From Macrostomum hystrix (Eukaryota; Animalia; Platyhelminthes): a stretch of DNA of 64,000 nucleotides. The position numbers and the translations under genes are program-made. The DNA is taken from positions 2,418,001 to 2,482,000 of the forward strand of contig CATNEN010000001.1 of assembly GCA_950097015.1 (NCBI GenBank). The letters run 5' to 3'. A model generated the notes under the pieces. It did no database searches. It was not told the origin of the DNA and saw only the letters and a program-made list of their open reading frames with translations. Positions 48,365-61,300 of this stretch are shown here, one piece after another (the stretch's first letter is position 1; each line of letters opens with the position of its first letter).

Positions 48365-50854
48365 ATGCATCAGCGCCATTTGACACTTTCGCTGCAGAAT
48401 CTGACGGTGTTTGTGAAGGAGCGGGACACGCCGGTGCTGAATGGCGTCAGTTTTCGCAGTGAAAGCGGCCGCCTCACTGCTGTCATGGGTCCCAGCGGCA
48501 GTGGCAAGACCACTCTGCTGCACTCATTGTGCGGCCGACTGCCACTGGACAGCGGCTGCCTCAAGCTCGGCCGCCAGGCGGTGTCGCGCAAGACCCAGAA
48601 GGCGTTCGGCTACGTCACCCAGGAGGATGTGTTCTTTCCGCAGCTGACTCTGCGACAGACGCTGCGATTCACAGCCGAGGTACGACTCGGTACTGCTGTT
48701 GGGCCGGCCGAGAAGATGCGTAGAATTGCTCGCGTGATCGATGCGCTGGAGCTGGACAGGTGAGAGACAGGACAGGTGCTTTAGGTACGGTTGTTAGCAT
48801 CCTTTGTATTAACAGATTTTACATCAATAACCGCATCAAAAAGGTGCATCGACACTCGAATCGGTGACTTCTTGGACAAGGGACTCTCTGGCGGCGAGAA
48901 GCGACGTGCCAGCATCGCCTGCGAGTTGCTGCACGATCCTCGAGTCCTGCTCCTGGACGAACCAACTTCGGGTCTAGACGCCAGCCTGGCCCACTCCATC
49001 GTGCGCCTCCTGCATGACTGGGCCACCAACAACAACCGCATTGTCATCACCAGCATTCACCAGCCTTCCTCGCACATCTATCACGTGTTCGACGATGTCC
49101 TACTGTTAGTCGACGGCCAAGTTTGCTATCGCGGCCAGCGCAAAGACATGGCCAACTATTTTGACTGCATCGGGGTGCCGTTTCCCAAGGACTGGAACCC
49201 AGCTGACTACCTCATGGAGGCGGTGGCCTCTAGTAAGCGCGCCCTGATACTGGAAAAAGGTCGAGAGCTCTTTAGCGACTCAACGCTGCCAGCGCCCATG
49301 TCACCAACCGGATGTGTTGACGTCGGAGGCGCCGGTTACGACGCTATACCCATGAGAGAGACAGCCGACTCGTTCTTCTTTAAGACCGACCAGTGGCGGG
49401 ACAGCCTTCTGGCTCACGATACGGCGGCAGCGGCGTCTCGCTCAACCGAATCTCAGCCACTGAAATTCGGCGACGTCTTTCGAGAGGAGCCACGCAAGGC
49501 CAGCTGGCGGGCCCAGTTCAACGCATTGGTCATGAGGAACTTTCAGGTACACAAAACACTGTTTTAAAGAGCCCCTGAAATATAATGACCTACACTGCTG
49601 CTGTGTTCCTCATGGGGGTGAGTGGCAGAGCGGTCTAACTCGCTTGCCTTTCGCACCAAGGTCCCTGAGCTCGATTTCGCGGCGAGGCCACATTCTCTAC
49701 GGGCGCAGCCGCGTAGAGAAGGCTTGGGGGCTTGTGCGTTTTATGCCCTTGAACGACAACCTCCAAAGCACAGTGAAACTACACTGCTTGGCAATGAAAA
49801 ATTCAGGGCAGATGTACACCACCCGTTTGAGAGTACGCCTGTGTACAGTATCCGTGTGCGTATATGCTCAGAAGTCAGTGGAATGGGCAGAACTGTCACA
49901 TCGCTGGCTGCGCGTCTACTGTCAACAAATGATGTTCCAATGCCCACAGCCCTCGTGCAAATATTCATATTTTTATTATTCTGTGATCCTCCACTGCAGG
50001 TGTCACGTCTGAGATCATTCGCCGTGTTTCCGTTGGTCCAGTACACGGTATTCACCCTGCTCGTGTCCGCTCTCTGGTTTCACATTCGACGCCGCGAGGA
50101 AGACATCAAAGACATCCTCGGCTTATTATTCTATCTGACACTAAGCCAAAGCAATATTAACATCCTGGAGCCGTTGAGCTCATTTACCGAGGACCTGGCC
50201 ATTGTGCAGCACGAGCTTTTGGCCAATAAGTATAAAATTAGCGCTTATTACGTGGCCAAAACAGTAACTGAAGTCCCAACGCAGATAGTTTTGCCGTTGA
50301 TTTCGCTTAGCATCATCTACTGGGCAGCGGCGCTAGGCAGCTCAGGCACCTACCTGGAGTTCACCGGCATGGTACTGCTAAACGTCCTGGCCTGCCAGGG
50401 CATGGGCATCTTCTTCAGTCTGGTCTCGCGTAGGCCGAAAGCGAATCTCGCAGCGGCGTTCACGCTAATCTTTCTGGCATTCACAGCTGGCGGCCTGTTT
50501 CTGACTCGGTTTCCTGATGGCCTCGGCTGGGTGCGCTGGCTGTCATTCGTTCGCTACGCCTTCCAGTTTCACGTCTACGTGGTGTTCTCTGGCATGCAGC
50601 AGCTGCAGTGCTCAACTACTGGCGCCTCTAGCTCTAGCAGGTATCCGACCTGCCTGTCCAGCAATGGCACAGGTGTGCTCACCGGTAAAGAAGTGCTGGC
50701 CGCAATGCAGGACCCCCTGGCGCCACCCTGGCTTAGCGTTGGTGTCATGCTTGGCTTGCTGCTAGTGTTCCGCACTGCCGCGTTCCTCCTGCTGAAACGG
50801 CGACACCAGCGAACTGTGGGAATTCGCTGCGTGCCGAGATGCTTGAAGGGATGA
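48365..50854 (+). CDS. ABCG-family half transporter, ~650 aa; exons 48365-48759, 48844-49546, 50000-50854
   Basis: Walker A GPSGSGKTT, YVTQED, signature LSGGEKRR, Walker B LLLDEPTSGLD, SIHQP, NPADY, then an ABC2 membrane domain. Intron phases 2 and 0 are consistent. An additional upstream exon is possible. Confidence 0.93.
49615..49952 (+). mobile_element. tRNA-derived SINE family B, in ABCG intron 2
   Basis: Head GGGGTGAGTGGCAGAGCGG...GAGCTCGATT; body collinear with the copies at 51285, 52222 and 63040. Confidence 0.82.
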
Positions 50855-51284
50855 AATTAGTCTGGCTATTCCTAAACTGGCTTCTCAACAGAACTCTACA
50901 GAATGTGCTGCAAATTTTTTTAAAAAGCTTGCTACTAGATGAGTAGTTACTTGAGTTCGTAGTTCCAGCCGAGGTACTGCCTACAATGGTCTCGTTAATT
51001 TATTGGATGAACCAGATGCAAGTCCAGAACCAAATGGTAACTGTTAAATGTATCGCTCCTACATTGCAATCTGCTAATTGAATATTTACGTCGGTGGCGG
51101 CGTGGTGCGTTGGTCTCAGTTAAACATTCGATAATCATCGAATAAGTGTTTTTTAATAAAAATACTGACTAAATCCCTACTGTAATTCACATCTTCTATG
51201 GTAACAGAGATTATTAAAACAGATTTTTCTTTAAATAAATTTGCCTTAAAGGAAAAATATAAGGCATCGTAATTCCAACTGTCA

Positions 51285-51560
51285 GAGCGTGAGTGGTAAA
51301 GTGGTTCACACGTTTGCCTCTCGTACGAAGGTCCCTGAGCACAATTCTGCGGTGAGGCCACATTCTTTTGGGGCGCAGCCGCCAAGAGAAGGCTTGGGGT
51401 CTTGTCATGCAATTTACGTCCTTTAGGGTCAACCTCCACGATACAGTATAATAGTGCACACTACCTGAAGATGAGAAATTCAGGGCAGATGTACACACCT
51501 GTAAGGGCATAATTGCCTCCTCGTTGGCTGTGAGTCTGCTGTCGCCAAAACGACGCACCA
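51285..51560 (+). mobile_element. SINE family B copy
   Basis: Shared blocks AAGGTCCCTGAGC, GGGCGCAGCCGC..GAGAAGGCTTGGGG and CAGGGCAGATGTACACACC. Confidence 0.8.
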
Positions 51561-51899
51561 AGGCCTATACAGCCCTCCAGCAATGGTTAATCCTTTTGTT
51601 ATTGATTCAAACTCTAGCAACTCCCTCCGTGTCAGCGCACTTCCAATGAGTCTAAATTCAGTTTGGACTTGTTGCAATTTGTTTGCCAACGTCTCTGATA
51701 ATGAAAAAACACTGCAGATTCAAATTTTCATTAGAAAAATTAGCTGCGCCAGATTTCTTGTTTTAAAAGTGATAAGTTTATTGCCTTTTTAATAAAATGC
51801 TTTACTGCGGAAAACAATCATGCTTTTGCACTTTTAAGTTGTTCTAAATATTTCTAGCAAAAAAATACCAATATAAAAGGTGCCAGAAAACAAACAAAT

Positions 51900-53162
51900 C
51901 TAAGCATTATCAGCGAACACAGTCTGACAGATTCTGTTCAACTGACAGCCCAGCCTGTATATCGGCAGGCCCATGACATTGTAATAGTCGCCCCGAATGG
52001 ATTCAACGAGGCTGCAGCCGAGTCCCTGGATGCCATAGCCGCCAGCCTTGTCCAGCGGCTCGCCAGTGCCGACGTACCAGCTGATGACGTCTTCGTCCAG
52101 CTCACCGAACACCACGGCAGTGGACTCAACAAATTCGTCGAAAGCGAATGCTTCACCGCTGAGACGTCGGTAGGCTATACAGACAGCCGTGAGCACCTGT
52201 AAAGTGTATTAGCGTGAACACTGGGGTGGGTGGCAGAGCGTTTAACGCTTTTGCTACTCGCACCAAGGTCCCTGAGCTCGATTCCACGGCGAGGTCGCAT
52301 TCATTTGGAGCGCAGCCGCGGATAGAAGGCTCGGGGGCCAACCTCACTCACCCCTGCTCAACCCCTTGAGGGCCAACCTGCAAGACACAGTGAGAGTGTA
52401 CACTGCCTGACGATGCGAAAGTCAGGGCAGATGTACACACCTGTGTGAGAGTGTACCTGCGTACAGTATTCGTGTGAGTGTGTACTCAGAAGTCAGCGGA
52501 ATGGGCAAATCGCCTTCCTGGCTGGATGCGGGTCTAATGTCACCAAAGTGATGTGAAATTGCCCGCAGCCTTCCAGCAAAACATGAGGCGCCTTCTAAAG
52601 CGATTGCACCTTTATTTCTGGTGTTTCGAGCCTTGCCCTCTCACTCTCGTGATTGGCTCCCTCTGTCGCTGTCACCCACCCCCGCCTCCACCGATACTTG
52701 TGTGCGTGCTTCATGCAACCCCTGATACGCCCCGTAAGTTGATCTTGTTATGGAAACTATGGAAAACATTATGACAGGAGACCATCACGACAGCCACACC
52801 TGATGTTCTCGACCGCTCAGCTGTCTCAGCATCTGTTTGGCCACCTCAGGCTGTTCTGGCTTGCTAACAATGTGCCGTCCGTCGTCAATGACAACAACTG
52901 TATCAGCACAAATTATTAGCTGGGCATCAGAAGCGGCAGTGGCAGTACAGGCATCGCTGGCCAACTTCTCACATTTTCGTCTGGCAATCTGTAAAACTGC
53001 TTCGCGTGGCAAAGCGCCAGGCTCAAGCGATTCGTCAACGTGCGGGCTGATGACAGTAAAGTTAGTCAGGCCGGCGCGTTCGAGCAGCTCTCGGCGGCGG
53101 GGTGATTGAGAACCGAGCACAATGCGCAGCTTAGTAAGAGTTGGTAAGGCTTTGATGAGCAT
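51900..53162 (-). CDS. Maf-family dTTP/UTP pyrophosphatase (ASMTL N-domain-like), 219 aa; exons 53162-52800, 52196-51900
   Basis: LGSQSPRR, ICADTVV, KP, LSGREHQ|VLTAV, DKAGGYGIQ, GDYYNVMGLP; phase-0 GT-AG intron; no methyltransferase domain. Confidence 0.93.
52222..52572 (+). mobile_element. SINE family B, best-preserved copy (antisense in the Maf intron)
   Basis: A-box-like TGGCAGAGCG, B-box-like GAGCTCGATTCC, complete body. Confidence 0.85.
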
Positions 53163-55076
53163 AGTGGCTGAAGAATGTCATGGTGTTATGAGATTAATAA
53201 TAATAATAAATGCATATTGAATGTACACGAAAGATCATTACAATGGATTTAAAAAAGTCGAATTATTTTCATAATCATTAAATGATTTATATCTATTTTT
53301 GCCTTAATCATCAGTTCCAAAAACTATGTAAGCAGTTTTGGGAAAACTTTTTGGTAAGTTTTTTTGCTCAAACATAAAAAACTAGCTTTCAAAGTATAAA
53401 TTTAACTTTCTGAACCTAAATACACATATATTGTGGTTTAAAAGTACAAATTGTTTTGCCTATTTATTAAATAACTAACTGATATATATGTTTGTATGCT
53501 ATACAAGTAAATTTAAAATTAATTGACTATTAAACATCAGTCCAAAACAATCATTCATAAAATAACAAAAAAGATGAACATAGCTTTGTTCTCAATCCAT
53601 ATATGAAAATAAAAGCCTTATGGTTAAATATAACACTTTTTTCTAATTAAATAGTAGCTAGGATAATGCAATAAATTGCTAATAAGCAAAATAAAATAAA
53701 AAATAATGTCATCTGCTTAGTATTAGTACAATCTTAGCATAAAAAATAGTAAAATAAAAATGTACAACTAGGCCTAATAATAGCTTTTTTGTTAGCAAGG
53801 CAGTTACTATAATTATAATTTAATTATAGTAACTCCTAGTTAAGCAGCTAAGAGACAGCACTGACAGGATATTTAAACCAGTTTACAGTTTAACTATTAA
53901 AAACTGATACTTGGATTCACAGCCTTTGATTGGCCACATTTCTAGAATAAGTCAAGCAGAAATCTAATTAAAATAAAATAAATAAATTATATATATATAT
54001 TATAACAAGCTGATCAATTAGAAATTTAATGGCAGATTGGCAGGATATCTAATTTTTAGTATACTTTCTATACAGAACTAAACTAAACTATTGTTTAGTT
54101 TCTAGACTCTACTAAAAGAAACTTAAAATTTTATGAACCTCCTAATTACTCTAATTAAAATGTACATCTGTCATCTACAGACAACCATAAACATAAACAT
54201 TTATTAAACATAAGTGTAAAATGAAAATATTTATAAAATGATCGTGATTTTGAGATAAGATAAGATAATATTTATTTTCAGTGACAGCCGACTTTTCAGC
54301 GGTAAAACACCGTTTAGTGAGCATTTTACCAAATTCAGTACTAATTCAGTCTTGTGTATTCTTCTCTACTTTAAAAATTCTAAGAAATTCTACGTCAAAT
54401 TATTCCAGACGCGTGCTTCTTACAACTTTAACAAAAAGTCTATTAGACCTCAGACCATGGTCGATTAAAATATCGTTGCGCAAAAGGCCGAATTTTTTAA
54501 TGCTTTATTAATACGAAATAGTAATAATGACATAATAATTACCACCACGACTTTTAATATTTCATATTCAAATCAAGTAACTTTTGCGCCAGCTTTTCAA
54601 ACAAGCGTCAATGACTTGAATCTCTCTAGACAATTCTGCGTTTTGCTAACTGAGAAAAGCGTTACCGTGATTATCCTTTTCTCCAAAAACTGAAGTCCAA
54701 AAGGTAAAAGTGATGAATATTGTAGTTTAGGATACTTCATAATACAGTAATAATTAAATTATATGTCGAACGTGAGGAAAATTGCTCTTTCCAAAATCGA
54801 CTATATCAAGCAAAACGTACCACAATGCGCCTTTTATGTTTAGATCTGAAGTGCTTATTAACTTCACTCTAAATAGAGAGGCAATGTGGATATAGTTAAA
54901 GTATTTTTTCAGCTAGGCATGATTAGCTCTCAAAAATGTATTTTTACATTATATCTCCTGGTTTCTATGCTTTCCGCGAGAATACATCTATGTCCAAAGT
55001 GACTCCAATTAAATAATATAAAACAAAAACTTTTTCTTCTTCCATGCATATGTCAGATCGATACGGCGTCCTCAAC

Positions 55077-55823
55077 ATGGCCATCGATAAAAAACGAGGC
55101 AGACGCCAACTATGCCTGGTCTTTATCTTCCTCATCGGCAGTATGTCGCTGTCGTTACTAACGGCCGCCTACGCCACAGAAAACTGGGTAGAAGCCGCAC
55201 CAGTTCGAAATGTCAGTGCCGCAGTAAGCAACGTTGCTAAGAATCTCAGCACTAGTAGGCTAACCGGTTTGGTTAGGCTGGGCCTGTTTCGCGGAATGAA
55301 ATCTCTCGACAACGGTTTGGGCCCGCGAGTCTCGGTCTTAGATATCTACGCCGAGGTGCTGCAACGGCAATCGGCCTCGAATTCTCCGATTCCAGTGCCA
55401 GCCTGGACGGCGCTAATTGTCCTTGGCGTACTATCCGGCACCTGGTGCATTGTGTCCTGCGGCTTCGCCCTTCTGAACGTCAGCCGCAAGCCTGTGCTCG
55501 GTCTCAGCGGTCCAGGCGGTCTGTACGTGTGGAACTTAGCCCAACTGGTGTGCCAACTGGCGGCAGTGATCATCTTCGGCGTCGCATTCAGCACCAGCTT
55601 GAGTAGCAATGTGCTGAGTCGGGAGGATACAGATGACTTCAAATGGACCAGCAATGGCCTGGCCTGGCTGGGCTACTCCTACTGGATGCTCATGGCTAGC
55701 TGCTTCTGCTCCGCTGCCTGCCTGCTGCTCGTGTGGCTTTCTGATGCCCGGCTTGGGCCCTGCTGCCTGCCTGCCGGACAGAGGCGGGGCCACGGAGAGG
55801 TCGACCTATCCATTGTGTATTAG
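55077..55823 (+). CDS. Clarin-family tetraspan protein, single coding exon, ~248 aa
   Basis: T..WVEA, GLFRG, N...KP....GPGGLYVWN and LGYSYW motifs with four TM segments. ATG 55077 follows an acceptor at 55055-56; an alternative ATG lies at 55044. Confidence 0.88.
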   Translation: MAIDKKRGRRQLCLVFIFLIGSMSLSLLTAAYATENWVEAAPVRNVSAAVSNVAKNLSTSRLTGLVRLGLFRGMKSLDNGLGPRVSVLDIYAEVLQRQSASNSPIPVPAWTALIVLGVLSGTWCIVSCGFALLNVSRKPVLGLSGPGGLYVWNLAQLVCQLAAVIIFGVAFSTSLSSNVLSREDTDDFKWTSNGLAWLGYSYWMLMASCFCSAACLLLVWLSDARLGPCCLPAGQRRGHGEVDLSIVY

Positions 55824-55962
55824 CTATACAAGTGTATTTCCATAATTAACTGCCTTTTGCTAATATTTTGTACGAACAATTAATTAAAAGTTAACCAACC
55901 GTCTCTTCACTCTTCTCGAAGGATGTGCCGTCCTTCACGCATGCGATCTCGTTTTTAGTTAA

Positions 55963-56491
55963 GCACAGCTCCCTCACAGTTCTCAGGAGTGGGTCACCTC
56001 ACACAGCTCCCTCACAGTTCTCAGGAGTGGGTCACCTCACACAGCTCCTTCACAGTTCTCAGGAGTGGGTCGCCTCACACAGCTCCCTCACAGTTCTCAG
56101 GAGTGGGTCACCTCACACAGCTCCCTCACAGTTCTCAGGAGTGGGTCACCTCACACAGCTCCCTCACAGTTCTCAGGAGTGGGTCACCTCACACAGCTCC
56201 CTCACAGTTCTCAGGAGTGGGTCGACTCACACAGCTCCCTCACAGTTCTAAGGAGTGGGTCGCCTCACACAGCACCCTCACAGTTCTCAGGAGTGGGTCG
56301 CCTCACACAGCTCCCTCACAGTTCTCAGGAGTGGGTCACCTCACACAGCTCCCTCACAGTTCTCAGGAGTGGGTCGCCTCACACAGCTCCCTCACAGTTC
56401 TCAGGAGTGGGTCACCTCACACAGCTCCCTCACAGTTCTCAGGAGTGGGTCACCTCACACAGCTCCCTCACAGTTCTCAGGAGTGGGTCAC
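55963..56491 (+). repeat. 38-bp minisatellite (CACAGCTCCCTCACAGTTCTCAGGAGTGGGTCACCTCA), ~14 copies
   Basis: Direct reading. Confidence 0.96.
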
Positions 56492-57107
56492 TACACTCAC
56501 CACACTAAGTTTTTGACGGTTCATTGTTACATGCCTTTTTTGCACGCTATGTCTTAAAGGTGGGACACCCGGCTGTGAAGACCAGAATGTGTTCTTTAAT
56601 AAATAAATTCACTATTTTAACGCATTAATATGAACAAGAAATGCGTGACAATAAAATCCTCCAAAAGCAAGCATTTCCCGAGCAGTTTAATTCAATGCGA
56701 ATTCCCAAAAAGTCCCAATCAGAACTCAATCAAGGGCAAGGCACATACATACGAGCGTATATGCCAATGTTTTGTTTCCTTTTAGGTCCTTCTTACTTAT
56801 TTAGTTTCTTGGCAATAACTACACGTTGGAATTTAGAGCCGTAGTACGAGGGTGTACATTTTATGGCTTGGGTTTTGGGAAGGCAGCTAAAAACGATTCC
56901 GCTATAGAACGTGCAATGTCTCGATCGTTTTTTTAACTATAGCCCCACAATTCTCTATGAATTCTACTCCAGTGAGCTTGCTTTCCAGAACTAAAAACTG
57001 CCAGTCGAAAAAAATGGACTCAAGGGAAACGCCTTGCCGTGAGCAAGTTCCTCCACTGTGACTCTATTTCTTACTTTCTACATTTGCGGATATTGCCTGA
57101 GATTAGC

Positions 57108-57385
57108 TGAGTGTGCAACAGAATTCACTCAGAATGAGTGAATAGAGTGTCTATGAGTGTGCAACAGTGTTACTCAGAATGAGTGAATAGAGTGTCTATG
57201 AGTGTGCAACAGAGTGAATGTAATGTGAGTGAACGGAGTGTCCAGCAGTGTCCATGAGTTACTCAGAATGAGCGAATGGGTGTGAGTGAGTGAGTGTGCA
57301 ACAGAGTGCTCAGAATGGATGTTGCATACTCACTCACGCTATTCAGAGTGAATGAAATGTGAGTGAATGCATGGAGTGTGAATGA
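57108..57385 (+). repeat. Degenerate GAGTG/GAAT-rich repeat
   Basis: Recurrent GAGTGTGCAACAG and ACTCAGAATGAGTGAAT blocks. Confidence 0.65.
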
Positions 57386-58321
57386 GATTGATTAAACGGG
57401 GGGGCAACTTTCGTTAAATCGAAATTAAATATTGATAATAAATTATTAATACCGTTTTATTGTACTAATAGTAGTAAATTGTGTATTTAAAAATCTATCT
57501 CTAATTATTATATAACATACTGAAACTTCTGCATCTACTTATACATTCTATGGCTTTAACCTGTTAAGTTTGCTCTAGTCACTAAAATAATAGAAATAAA
57601 TATTTTCCTATCCTTTCGTATGAATAAAAATTTTTGGCCGGAATTTTTAAAATCTGTGACATTAAGTAATACTAAGCATATAGCAGTAACGGAATAAATA
57701 CTTTAATCCCCGCTTAGATATTTAGAGAAATTTAGGCCATATATTAAGATTCTACAATATAAAAAATGGACCCGGGGTATAATTGGCGACTTTTGGCGTC
57801 TTAACTATAACTTTCGTTCACGTGCCTTTGTTTGTCCTGCACATTACTTCAAAGTTTAAGCGAATAGTTATTGTATGACAAGATAAAGATGCCTTTTTGT
57901 TTGAACGCGTCCAATTATCGTCCAATAAAGCAATAGGATTGAAATCACAAGATAAGAGAGTGAACAAGAAGTCGATTTTCACCCCGTCCCATCAATGTAC
58001 ATGTCGCATGTACAGTGTTCCAGTGTGGACGAAATTGGACAAGGGGTAGAAGGCTTTTAGGGGTTGTCCTTCTTTTTATATCGTACACTAGGGGAAGCCA
58101 CTGCACGAAATATATTCAGTTGAAAGGCCTCGGCTGTTGAGTGGAGTGTGTGGAGGTGGAGACTTTTTTAAGCAGAGAACCAAGTCTACTACAGGCCAAG
58201 TTGTGTGTTACCAGCCAGCTAGAAGGCCATTTTAAATTTACACTTGCATTGTAGGTTTACTTCAGACTAATAGAGGCCTAATCTAAATAAATCTTACATT
58301 TCTTTAGCTGAAAATCCAGTA

Positions 58322-61300
58322 ATGCTGCTGCTGTTACTGCTATTGTTTGTAATGCGAGTGGAATTTACTGCAGCCGTTGAAGGGCAGACGCAGCCTAAGA
58401 ATGAGGAAACTTTCGACCATCTGTTGCTAAGCCAGGAGTGGCCGTTTACCTACTGCATCATGAACCACAGTGTAAGTTTTCTGAACATTTAGAGTTACAT
58501 TGTTTGCTTATGAATTCGTTGTATTCATTATTAATGGATTTCTTTGTATCGAATTTCAGTGTACAAATACGAACATGTTGCAACCACTGTTTAACATACA
58601 CGGACTCTGGTTAGCTCATAGAAACTTAAAAGAAACAATTTTATTGCTTACAATGCAACTTTAAAATTCGATTTCTGCTCCATATTTGTTTTACAGGCCA
58701 GAGGAAGTTAAAGGAGAATGTACAGGAAAATTCAACATGTCTCAGTTGGAGGTATGGAGTTTACCTATAGATTAGAGATTATTTCGGTATAGTAAATCAG
58801 AATGACACAATTAACTATTATTATGCTACTTTTTTTAGCCACTAAAAGCCAAGCTTATGAAATTCTGGATGGACCTAAAGGACCCGCTAAATGTTCCCGA
58901 GAAATTTTGGTAAGAGCTTCTCAAATTTTCTGTTACGCACGCTTTAGTAAAAATTGATGACTAGATTGAGAGTGCTTGTGTGAGAGTGAATGCTAGTGTG
59001 AGAGTGAATGAATGCTAGTGTGAGAGTGAATGAATGCTAGTGTGAGAGTGAATGCTAGTGTGAGAGTGAATGCTAGTGTGAGAGTGAATGCTAGTGTGAG
59101 AGTGAATGAATGCTAGTGTGAGAGTGAATGCTAGTGTGAGAGTGAATGCTAGTGTGAGAGTGAATGCTAGTGTGAGAGTGAATGAATGCTAGTGTGAGAG
59201 TGAATGCTAGTGTGAGAGTGAATGCTAGTGTGAGAGTGAATGCTAGTGTGAGAGTGAATGCTAGTGTGAGAGTGAATGAATGCTAGTGTGAGAGTGAATG
59301 CTAGTGTGAGAGTGAATGCTAGTGTGAGAGTGAATGCTAGTGTGAGAGTGAATGAATGCTAGTGTGAGAGTGAATGCTAGTGTGAGAGTGAATGCTAGTG
59401 TGAGAGTGAATGCTAGTGTGAGAGTGAATGAATGCTAGTGTGAGAGTGAATGCTAGTGTGAGAGTGAATGCTAGTGTGAGAGTGAATGCTAGTGTGAGAG
59501 TGAATGCTAGTGTGAGAGTGAATGCTAGTGTGAGAGTGAATGCTAGTGTGAGAGTGAATGCTAGTGTGAGAGTGAATGCTAGTGTGAGAGTGAATGCTAG
59601 TGTGAGAGTGAATGAATGCTAGTGTGAGAGTGAATGCTAGTGTGAGAGTGAATGCTAGTGTGAGAGTGAATGCTAGTGTGAGAGTGAATGAATGCTAGTG
59701 TGAGAGTGAATGCTAGTGTGAGAGTGAATGCTAGTGTGAGAGTGAATGCTAGTGTGAGAGTGAATGAATGCTAGTGTGAGAGTGAATGCTAGTGTGAGAG
59801 TGAATGCTAGTGTGAGAGTGAATGCTAGTGAGAGTGAATGCTAGTGTGAGAGTGAATGCTAGTGTGAGAGTGAATGAATGCTAGTGTGAGAGTGAATGCT
59901 AGTGTGAGAGTGAATGCTAGTGTGAGAGTGAATGCTAGTGTGAGAGTGAATGAATGCTAGTGTGAGAGTGAATGCTAGTGTGAGAGTGAATGCTAGTGTG
60001 AGAGTGAATGCTAGTGTGAGAGTGAATGCTAGTGTGAGAGTGAATGCTAGTGTGAGAGTGAATGCTAGTGTGAGAGTGAATGCTAGTGTGAGAGTGAATG
60101 CTAGTGTGAGAGTGAATGCTAGTGTGAGAGTGAATGCTAGTGTGAGAGTGAATGCTAGTGTGAGAGTGAATGCTAGTGTGAGAGTGAATGCTAGTGTGAG
60201 AGTGAATCCTATAGAGTGAGCGTGAATGCTAGTGAGAGGGAAATGTTGAACTAGCTTTATCTATCTGCTCCTAATGAAAGTGACATTGCTGGTGAACATG
60301 TGTAGGAAGCACGAATACGATAAGCATGGCGCATGCGCCGCAGTGGATCCTAGATTTGGCTGCACTCTGCAGTACTTCCAGGCTGCACTCGACCTGTACA
60401 GCAAGTACAACATTACGGAGTGAGTCAACTCGAATTTTGAAAGCGGGATGTTTGTTAATTTGACAGGGCTCTTTAGCTTAAAAGTGATATTTTTAAGTGA
60501 ATAATTGACTGTAGAGTGGTTAAAGTGCAAAGTCTGTGAGTTCGATTCTGAGGCGAGGCCACATTAATTTTGGGTTATCTTCCGAAAAGAGAACGAAATT
60601 TCTATATTCTTCTTTTATTGAAGTCAAGTGGCATTAAGTTGCGATGCAAAAAACACTTTACCTTGCGTATCACAAATTACCTTGTGTATAGAAATTGTAC
60701 AGTATCTACTCTAGGCTTTATTTAACCAGTCAATTTTCTAGCAGTCTATTATCCTGCAGTCAGTTTTAATAGCAATAATAGTTACAAGAAAGCAGTGTGG
60801 CTGGCACATTGTTTGGTGACACTAGACCCGTATCCAGCCAGGAGGCAATTCTGCCCATTTCGCTGACTCCTGAGCACAGACGCTCACACAGGTGTGTACA
60901 ATCACCTTGGAGATCACCTGATCACCTGAAAGGGCGTAAATTGCACGAAAGCCGTTGCTCTCTTTAGCGCGCCTAATCGCCTCATAAGAATGCGGAGATA
61001 ATTAATTTGTTATGAATAAGTGTTGCCAAGTGTTTAATAAACACGCCTAATGTATGCACTTAAATCTATCAGATCTACTTGTGGGTAGGTACATGTGGCC
61101 ATACCTAACGATGCAAATTTTACTTTCGAAGTTAATATTTATAGAAACTGATATTTCAGAATGCTAAGAAAATCTGGAATTGTGCCTGGACCAATGCCTT
61201 ACAAAGTGAGCTTACATATTTGGCTTACTGCTGCATCTTTTCCTTATCTTAACTTTGCTAAATAAAGTATAATGCGTCACATGTGACTCTAATTAATTCT

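Noticed and set aside
49622-49999. N-terminal 126 aa of the 410-aa ORF as part of ABCG
   Set aside because: It is intron 2 containing a SINE; the splice sites at 49546/50000 give a normal ABCG.
52403-52430. Active hammerhead ribozyme in SINE B
   Set aside because: CTGACGA and GAAA are only 3 nt apart, leaving no stem II or III; a simple hairpin explains the sequence better.
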